Assembly: GCA_018671175.1 (NCBI GenBank)
Contig: JABHIE010000003.1
Coordinates: 36,560 to 100,559, forward strand
Source of the DNA: Planctomycetota bacterium
GTDB lineage: Bacteria; Planctomycetota; UBA1135
Direction of reading: 5' to 3'
DNA: 64,000 nt
Every line of letters starts with the position of its first letter. The stretch's first letter is position 1. Below the pieces are notes generated by a model, which worked only from the letters and a program-made list of their open reading frames with translations, ran no database searches and was not told where the DNA came from. Below are positions 57,482 to 64,000 of the stretch, piece by piece. The translations under genes and the position numbers were made by a program.

Positions 57482-59196
57482 GTTTTTCTGACCGCTACCC
57501 AGCGCCTTCGCGGCGTTACTTGCCCTCTGATTTTGAGGTCTTAGATTGGTCGAATGCGCAGCCTTTTTACACCGAGCTCACAGATCGTCCACTCGACACG
57601 CTTGATGCTCTCGAAACTTGGGTTTTTGATCGTTCTGAATTAGATGCCTATGTCGGGGCAGAGGCCTCGCGTCGCATGATTCGTGCCGCTCGTTTTACGG
57701 ATGATCAAGAGGCCGAAGAAAAGTGGCTCGCCTTCGAGACCGAATTCATTCCGCAATTGTCTCCCGTCTCTGACGCGCTGGACCACCGCTTCTTGGATTG
57801 CCCATTTCGGCATGATTTAGATAACCATAAATGGGAAATCTATGTCCGCGATTCTGAATTGGCCGTTGAGCTTTTCTGCCAGGAAAACATCCCCTTGGCT
57901 GCAGAAGAGGCCAAACTTGCTAATCGTTTTGGACAAATTGCAGGGGCTATGACGGTCCTTTATCAAGGCAAAGAGTTGACCCTTGCTGCGCTTGGCACTT
58001 ATGCCGAAAGCCCTGATCGCTCCATTCGTGAAGAGACCTGGCGCCTTGCGACGCAGCGTCGCGGTCAAGACAAAGAGACCCTCGAATCACTCTTTGAAGA
58101 AATGTTGGCTTTGCGGGCTCAAGAGGCCAAGAATGCCGGTTTTGACAACTACCGCGATTACAAACATCGCGCATGGGGGCGTTTTGATTACAGCCCAGCC
58201 GATTGCGAGGCCTTCCATAAAAATGTAGAGCGATTCGTTTTGCCCGCACTTGAGCGAATGCGCACCCATCGTAAAAAATGTTTAAGGCTTGAGTCTCTAC
58301 GCCCCTGGGATCTCGCGGTCGATCTTGATCAGGCCGAGGCCTTTGAGCCTTTTCAAAATGAAGCCGAGCATGTTTCAGTTGCTGCGTCATTACTAGAAAA
58401 AATCCATTCGCCTTTCGCGGATGATTTGCGCTGGATGCAAGAAAGTGATTTGCTCGATTTGGCAACTCGTCCGCACAAACGGCCAGGCGGGTTCATGGAC
58501 ACTTTCGCTGATGTTCGCGTGCCCTTTATCTTTGCGAATTCGGGCACAACTCACTCCGATGTTGAGACTCTCATCCATGAGGTGGGGCACGCGGTGCATG
58601 CTTTGGCCGCACGCGAAATGGAGCCATCCGATTATCACGACGCGCCACTTGAGTTTGCAGAAGTCGCATCGATGGCCATGGAATCAATGGCCATGGAGCA
58701 CCTTGACTCGGTTTACCCTGAGCAAGAAGCGCGTCGCGCGACACGGGCGTCTTTAGAGTCGTGCGTGTCGACTTTTGCTTGGGTAGCGACGATTGATGCT
58801 TTTCAGCATTGGCTCTACACCCACGAGCAGCATACTCGCGAAGAGCGTGCCGAGGCTTGGGTGGAAACGCGTGCGCGGTTTTCGGCGGGCATCGATTGGT
58901 CTGGCTTAGAGGCCGAGCGAGTTTATGAGTGGCAAAAGCAGCTGCACCTTTTTGAAGTGCCGTTTTATTACATCGAATATGGCATCGCTCAAAATGGCGC
59001 TTTGCAGGTCTGGAAAAGCTATCTAGATGACCCCAAGGCTGCGATTGAACGATATCGCCAAGGCCTCGCGCTCGGCGGAAGTCGCCCCTTGCCTGAGTTG
59101 TACGATGCTGCGGGTATTCGCTTTGACCCTCAAGGGGCTTGTCTAGAAGATTTAATTCCTGCTCTCGAAAAAGCATGGCGGGCGGTCAATAAATAG
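57478..59196 (+). CDS. M3-family oligoendopeptidase (PepF-like)
   Basis: HEVGHAVH zinc motif, AEVAS, PFYYIEY. Confidence 0.93.
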   Translation: MSFSDRYPAPSRRYLPSDFEVLDWSNAQPFYTELTDRPLDTLDALETWVFDRSELDAYVGAEASRRMIRAARFTDDQEAEEKWLAFETEFIPQLSPVSDALDHRFLDCPFRHDLDNHKWEIYVRDSELAVELFCQENIPLAAEEAKLANRFGQIAGAMTVLYQGKELTLAALGTYAESPDRSIREETWRLATQRRGQDKETLESLFEEMLALRAQEAKNAGFDNYRDYKHRAWGRFDYSPADCEAFHKNVERFVLPALERMRTHRKKCLRLESLRPWDLAVDLDQAEAFEPFQNEAEHVSVAASLLEKIHSPFADDLRWMQESDLLDLATRPHKRPGGFMDTFADVRVPFIFANSGTTHSDVETLIHEVGHAVHALAAREMEPSDYHDAPLEFAEVASMAMESMAMEHLDSVYPEQEARRATRASLESCVSTFAWVATIDAFQHWLYTHEQHTREERAEAWVETRARFSAGIDWSGLEAERVYEWQKQLHLFEVPFYYIEYGIAQNGALQVWKSYLDDPKAAIERYRQGLALGGSRPLPELYDAAGIRFDPQGACLEDLIPALEKAWRAVNK

Positions 59197-62100
59197 ATGT
59201 CAACCCCTTTCTCTGGGCCACTTCCTGATGATGTCCGTATTGGCGAGCTCGTCAATGAAGGTGGCGTTGGCCTAGTACACCATGTCACTCTCCCTGATGG
59301 CACCCCCGCGATTTTGAAGCGTCTGCCGAAGTCGGCAGTTTCTTTAGAGAGCAGCATTCGTTTTGAGCGCGAGGTGGCGTTAATGAGCACAATGGACTTG
59401 CCCGGAGTGCCTGAAGTGACGCATTACAACTCCGACCCAAGCGATTTATACATCGTAATGTGCCATGCGCCGGGGGTGTTTTTTCAAGATTGGCAACTTC
59501 CTCAAGGCGCCGTTTGGGCGCGGTCTTTGGCCGAGATTATGCAGCGCGTTTTGCGCGTTTTGCATACCGTGCATAAAGAGGGCATCATGCATCGTGATTT
59601 AAGCCCGACCAATCTTAAAATTGATCCGCGCGGCCAACCATGGCTGCTAGATTTTGGCTTGGCAGTCATGCAAGACTCGGCGGATCTTACGGGTACATCT
59701 GAGGCCCGCGGCACGCCGCGCTATATGAGCCCAGAGCAAGCGCGTGGCGAGTCGCATCGCATCTTGACGCCCTCGACAGATTTGTATTCATTGGCGCTGA
59801 TGTTTTTAGGCAAGGCTATGGGGCGTCCTGTTCGCAAGGGCGATAATTCGCATCAAATCCAGCAAGGGATCATCCGTCGCGACCCTGATGCTGCGGCCCG
59901 ACTTGCGCCAAACTTACCCAAGGGCCTGGCCGCTATTTTCGATGTCATGCTTGCGCATCATCCTTCAGACCGTTTCGATTCTGCGCTTACCGCCGCCGAA
60001 GCGCTCCAAGCTTGGATGAGCGGCAAAACGGTGAGCCTGCCCTCAATGCCTCTGGGGCGCCGCATGGTGCGTGCATGTCGTCGCCCCGTCAGTCGCGGGC
60101 TCTTGACTGGTGCGTTTGTGCTTCTCTCTTTCTCAGCGCTTTCATGGCGAGCTTGGGGTCATTTTGCTCAAGCTCCGCTGCGTGCTGAAATCGAGTCAAT
60201 GACTTTGCCCTCTGGTCCTCAACGCTTGGCGTCGCTTCGAGCTAAGCTAGAGGAGTGGCCCGATTCAGAGTCGCTGAAACAACGCTTGGCCGACCAGACC
60301 CTTTTGTATCAACTCGATATGAGTCAAACAAACGAGGCCTACGAAGCGGCTTGGGAGACACTGCAGATGTTGCCAGAGCATCATGCCTTGCAGCAGGCTT
60401 TTCTTTCGGAAGCCATTTTCCATGAGGCATCCTTTCCAGACCCATACGACGCTCTCGATGGTTTGCGCATCCTCGCGCTTGATTACCCCAATTCTGTCGA
60501 GCTGCGGTTAGCAATCGAGACATCTCTCCAGTCGCTACTCACTTGCAAGGAGGGCCCCCTCTCGATCGAAGCCTTGGCCCTAATCGAAGAGATTCTTGGC
60601 CCCAACCCTGAATCGCCTTTGACCGAGCCTCTGCTCGCTATTTGGTCGAGCCGACTCATGGGTGTCGCAAGCGCAAAGTACCCCAATTGGGGCTCGATGG
60701 TCGAGCTTTGCCTCAACCGCGTTTCTTTTGGCCAAGCCTATTCTGATGCGTTTTACCCGAATCTGCTCGACCTCATTCACCTTGATCTCAATTCCATTTA
60801 CCGCATAGAGCAATTGCCCGCTCGTTTGCGTTTGTGGTCGAGCCGTGAGCCACGCTTGGCAAGCCTCTGGTTGATGGTCGCACACCGCTTTTTCATGGAC
60901 GGCCAGATTTCGGCGTCCCTTGCCATTTTGTCTGAGCTCGAATCCATCGAGTCTGTGCCCCAAGCTCATCATGATTTGGCAAGCGTCTTGGAACGCTGGC
61001 TTTTGGAGACGAGAGATGGCTACGGTCGTAACTTAGAAACGGGTTGGGCAACTTCACCGCGAGAGAATGAGAAGTGGTTTGCATTCCTCAAAGAGGCGAG
61101 CGCGCTGTCGTCTGCAAACAAGAAAGATGGCTGTGTGTTTATGTGGCTTGCCCAGCTCGATAAACGAAATGCTGTCAGCGGGCGATACACCATTATCGAT
61201 CATGCGGCCAAACTGCAACCTCGGTCACGCTTTGCGCCAGCATCCAATACGGTGCGAGCGCGTTTGCTCTATGAAGAGGTCGAAGACGCGCGTGAGAAAT
61301 GGTCTGTTTTGAGTGCGCGCCATAAGCCCTACCCTGGCTGGCAAGGGCTTGAGGCCGAGCTCTTTTACGCCGAGGGTGACTTCCATGGGCTCAAGAAGGC
61401 GGCCATTCTTTCACGCGAAGAGGGCTCTGATTCTCTCCGCCTTGATGTGCTCGACGCCCTTGCTTCTGCGCACCTGCAAGAGCCGGGCGCTCTTGAAACT
61501 CTGAGCGAATTCCTGAAACCGGGCAGCCTTGTTGATGGCGTTGACCCGAATGCGCCTTTCCGTGAAGACCCCGCCTTTTTGCTCTGGCTTGCTGAAGGTT
61601 TGACAACCTCGGGGCTTTCTCAGGACGACTCGCGCTGGCAAGAGGTTGAGCGGCGCTGGGCGCAAATCGCAGGTGGGCCATCCGGTAATTTGTTGCCAGT
61701 GATGCAATTCGAATCGGCTCGCCGTTGGGGTTTGACAGAGAATTCGCCTCTGCAATATGCTCCTGAGCCTGAGTGGCTTGCGCCAGTTGTCGCTGGTTTT
61801 GAGCCGATTGAGGTTTTGCTCGTGCCGCAAGAATACGACACCATTCAGGCCGCCATTGACGCAGCGCCGAATCAATCGCAGGTGCGTGTGCAGGCAGGCG
61901 AGTATTCCGAAAATTTGTGGGTGCACCACAAGTCGATTCAATTAGTGGCTGATGGCGAAGTCGTCATCCGCGCGGCAGGTGGGCAGGCTCCCGTCCTCGC
62001 ACTTACGGGCTGCCCTCAAGTCGAAGTGATTGGCTTCAAATTGCTCATGGGCGGTGGCACAAAAATGACTCGGGTCGACGGCGGTGGGTTGGCGCTAAGT

Positions 62101-62571
62101 CAGCTGCCTCAGGTGTCATCAGGCGGTGGAGCCTATCTCTGGCGGACGACCTGCGTTTTTCACGAGTGCTCATTTATCGGCAATGGTGGCGACAAGACTA
62201 ATTTTGGCGGTGGCCTTGCCGTCCTTGATTCGAGTCGTGCTTATTTGGTCGGTGGCACCATCCTTGGCAATACGGCAACGAGCTCGGGTGGTGGGCTCAT
62301 TGTGGCTGAATTAAGCCAGGCCGTTTTGCGCGGTGTGCAGATTCGTGAAAACCACTCATCGACTCTTTACGGACGCCAATCATGTGTGTCAGTTGGCCTA
62401 GACGCTGCTCTGTGGCTCGACCATTGTGTCTTAGACGCCGCGGCGGGCTTGCCGATTGCCACTTATCGCAATTTCATTAATCCGCTTGGGCGCAATGGTC
62501 GATGGTATCTGCGAGATTGCCAAGTGCGTGGGGGCTATGTTGGCCCGAATAATCAGGCTTTATTCGACTAA
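59197..62571 (+). CDS. Ser/Thr protein kinase with TM, helical region and C-terminal right-handed beta-helix domain
   Basis: HRDLSPTN, DFG, GTPRYMSPEQ, TDLYSL kinase motifs; TM near aa 300-320; C-terminal VPQEYDTIQAAIDAA..V.AGEY.E and F.GN...GGG repeats. Confidence 0.88.
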   Translation: MSTPFSGPLPDDVRIGELVNEGGVGLVHHVTLPDGTPAILKRLPKSAVSLESSIRFEREVALMSTMDLPGVPEVTHYNSDPSDLYIVMCHAPGVFFQDWQLPQGAVWARSLAEIMQRVLRVLHTVHKEGIMHRDLSPTNLKIDPRGQPWLLDFGLAVMQDSADLTGTSEARGTPRYMSPEQARGESHRILTPSTDLYSLALMFLGKAMGRPVRKGDNSHQIQQGIIRRDPDAAARLAPNLPKGLAAIFDVMLAHHPSDRFDSALTAAEALQAWMSGKTVSLPSMPLGRRMVRACRRPVSRGLLTGAFVLLSFSALSWRAWGHFAQAPLRAEIESMTLPSGPQRLASLRAKLEEWPDSESLKQRLADQTLLYQLDMSQTNEAYEAAWETLQMLPEHHALQQAFLSEAIFHEASFPDPYDALDGLRILALDYPNSVELRLAIETSLQSLLTCKEGPLSIEALALIEEILGPNPESPLTEPLLAIWSSRLMGVASAKYPNWGSMVELCLNRVSFGQAYSDAFYPNLLDLIHLDLNSIYRIEQLPARLRLWSSREPRLASLWLMVAHRFFMDGQISASLAILSELESIESVPQAHHDLASVLERWLLETRDGYGRNLETGWATSPRENEKWFAFLKEASALSSANKKDGCVFMWLAQLDKRNAVSGRYTIIDHAAKLQPRSRFAPASNTVRARLLYEEVEDAREKWSVLSARHKPYPGWQGLEAELFYAEGDFHGLKKAAILSREEGSDSLRLDVLDALASAHLQEPGALETLSEFLKPGSLVDGVDPNAPFREDPAFLLWLAEGLTTSGLSQDDSRWQEVERRWAQIAGGPSGNLLPVMQFESARRWGLTENSPLQYAPEPEWLAPVVAGFEPIEVLLVPQEYDTIQAAIDAAPNQSQVRVQAGEYSENLWVHHKSIQLVADGEVVIRAAGGQAPVLALTGCPQVEVIGFKLLMGGGTKMTRVDGGGLALSQLPQVSSGGGAYLWRTTCVFHECSFIGNGGDKTNFGGGLAVLDSSRAYLVGGTILGNTATSSGGGLIVAELSQAVLRGVQIRENHSSTLYGRQSCVSVGLDAALWLDHCVLDAAAGLPIATYRNFINPLGRNGRWYLRDCQVRGGYVGPNNQALFD

Positions 62572-62623
62572 TTTCGACTAATTTGGGCAAAAGCGGCTCA
62601 TTTGTGAAGTTTTCTGATTTTTA

Positions 62624-62651
62624 GTGTCCCGTAGGGAGCCGTTTTCCTCTT
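62624..62651 (+). promoter_or_regulatory. Candidate ECF-type promoter GTGTCCC-N15-CCTCTT
   Basis: Matches 15316-15343 in both boxes and spacing. Confidence 0.45.
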
Positions 62652-62769
62652 GGTTAAGTGAGCGGTTGGGTTTTCCTCTGGAGGGGAGGTCAACAACTCA
62701 TTTATCCAACGGGTGCAGAGTGGTGTGAAGTCTGGAGGGCTGATCACCACACTGCATTCATTTTTTTTT
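62650..62769 (+). ncRNA. Candidate structured RNA: two long hairpins followed by a T9 tract
   Basis: Hairpins at 62650-62709 and 62711-62759 rely on G-U pairs on the plus strand; both apices carry TCTGGAGGG. Confidence 0.5.
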
Positions 62770-62796
62770 GAGTGATTGAGCTACAATCTGCGCCAC

Positions 62797-64000
62797 ATGG
62801 CTAAGCCCGCACCTTCTGTAATGGACAAGATTGTCTCCCTGTGCAAGCGCAGGGGTTTCGTTTTCCCCGCGTCCGAGATTTATGGCGGCCAGGGGTCGAC
62901 CTACGATTGGGGGCCACTTGGTGTCGAGCTCAAAAAACGAGTCAAAGACGCTTGGTGGGGGGCATTGGTTTACGACCGCCAAGATGTCGTCGGTCTTGAT
63001 TCGGCCATCATTCAGTCACCTGAGGTTTGGCGCACATCCGGCCATGTCGGAGGCTTTTCTGACCCGCTAATCGACAACAAGACTTCCAAGCAGCGTTATC
63101 GCGCCGACCATTTGGTCGAAACCAAAATCGCCAAGTACGAGAAAAAGGGCAAGACGCAAAAGGCCGAGGCTCTACTCGCCAAACTCAATGTGGCCGTTGG
63201 TGATAATGATGTCTTGCGTCAGCTTATTCTAGATGAAGGGATTAAATGCCCCGTATCTGGCACCGACGACTGGACGGATGTCCGCCAATTTAATCTCATG
63301 TTCGAGACTCATGTCGGCGCAATGAAAGATTCGGCATCGGTCGCATATTTGCGCCCCGAAACGGCTCAGGGCATTTTTATCAATTTCAATAATGTCGTCG
63401 AATCTTCGCGGAAGAAATTGCCTTTCGGTATTGCGCAGATAGGGAAAAGTTTCCGCAATGAAATCACGCCGGGCAATTTTGTTTTCCGCACGCGTGAGTT
63501 TGAGCAAATGGAAATGGAGTTTTTCTGTCATCCCGCTGAGGCGCAAACTTGGTATGAGTTCTGGCAGAAAGAGCGTTTCCAGTGGTATCTCAAATACGGT
63601 GTCGATGTCGAAAAATTGCGTATGCGCGAGCATGCGGCCGACGAATTGGCGCACTACGCCGACGCTTGTTCGGATGTCGAATATCTCTTCCCCTTTGGCT
63701 GGTCTGAGCTTGAAGGCGTAGCCAATCGCACCGATTATGATTTGACCAAGCATTCTGAGGCGAGCGGCAAAAAGTTGGCTTGGTTCGACCAAGAGGCCGG
63801 CGAGTGGGTGACGCCTTATGTCATCGAGCCCGCGGCAGGCTGTGATCGCACGGCCATGACTTTCTTGGTTGACGCTTACGACGAAGAGGGCGAGGGCAAG
63901 AATCAGCGCGTCGTGTTGCGCTTTCACCCCAAAATCGCGCCGATTACGGTGGCCGTTTTCCCTCTCGTTAAGAAAGAGGGCATGCCCGAAAAGGCCGAGG
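62797..64000 (+). CDS. glyQS: Glycine--tRNA ligase, homodimeric type (runs off the window; absent from ORF track)
   Basis: MAKPAPSVMDKIVSLCKRRGFVFPASEIYGG..YDWGPLG; LRPETAQGIF; IGKSFRNEITPGNF.FRTREFEQME; ELAHY; PYVIEP. Confidence 0.97.
   Translation, partial: MAKPAPSVMDKIVSLCKRRGFVFPASEIYGGQGSTYDWGPLGVELKKRVKDAWWGALVYDRQDVVGLDSAIIQSPEVWRTSGHVGGFSDPLIDNKTSKQRYRADHLVETKIAKYEKKGKTQKAEALLAKLNVAVGDNDVLRQLILDEGIKCPVSGTDDWTDVRQFNLMFETHVGAMKDSASVAYLRPETAQGIFINFNNVVESSRKKLPFGIAQIGKSFRNEITPGNFVFRTREFEQMEMEFFCHPAEAQTWYEFWQKERFQWYLKYGVDVEKLRMREHAADELAHYADACSDVEYLFPFGWSELEGVANRTDYDLTKHSEASGKKLAWFDQEAGEWVTPYVIEPAAGCDRTAMTFLVDAYDEEGEGKNQRVVLRFHPKIAPITVAVFPLVKKEGMPEKAE

Noticed and set aside
62563..62584. 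10-bp direct duplication TTCGACTAAT at the kinase stop codon
   Set aside because: Too short to support an insertion scar; no element lies between the copies, so slippage is the simpler explanation
62572..62796. Glycine riboswitch or T-box upstream of glyQS
   Set aside because: CCTCTGGAG resembles part of the glycine riboswitch, but the CCGAAG and UCAGG cores and the T-box GGTGGNACC motif are absent
63229..63927. 232-aa minus-strand ORF
   Set aside because: Antisense to glyQS, which has clear class II synthetase motifs on the plus strand

Overview
Gene-dense bacterial chromosomal window made mostly of housekeeping genes. The RCC1/Ig-repeat secreted proteins, sulfatase-fold proteins, Ser/Thr kinase, McsA-ClpC and dimeric GlyRS suggest an uncultured Planctomycetota-like organism (inference). 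It contains a complete iscR-S-U-A-hscB-hscA-fdx-iscX operon, dprA, a MATE transporter, two RCC1-repeat surface proteins, clpC/mcsA/murD, three tRNAs, hpt, an RluA-family synthase, mtnP, ispDF, ruvC, nadC, purB, plsY, gpsA and glyQS (partial). No mobile element or CRISPR array was seen. The most notable observations are: (1) TruD fused to three S1 domains and RGG-type low-complexity regions; (2) an adjacent pair of exported Cys/Met-rich and His/Met-rich proteins, a candidate metal-binding system; (3) an AhpD-like gene with an in-frame TGA in a CxxU motif, a probable selenoprotein truncated in the ORF track; (4) many apparently leaderless genes, with divergent pairs sharing one AnnnTAnnnT bidirectional -10 core; (5) a two-hairpin candidate sRNA before glyQS that shares an ECF-like promoter motif with the giant RCC1/Ig gene; (6) a shared C-terminal domain on both RCC1 proteins; (7) a DEDDh-WYL fusion next to a degenerate NYN protein.
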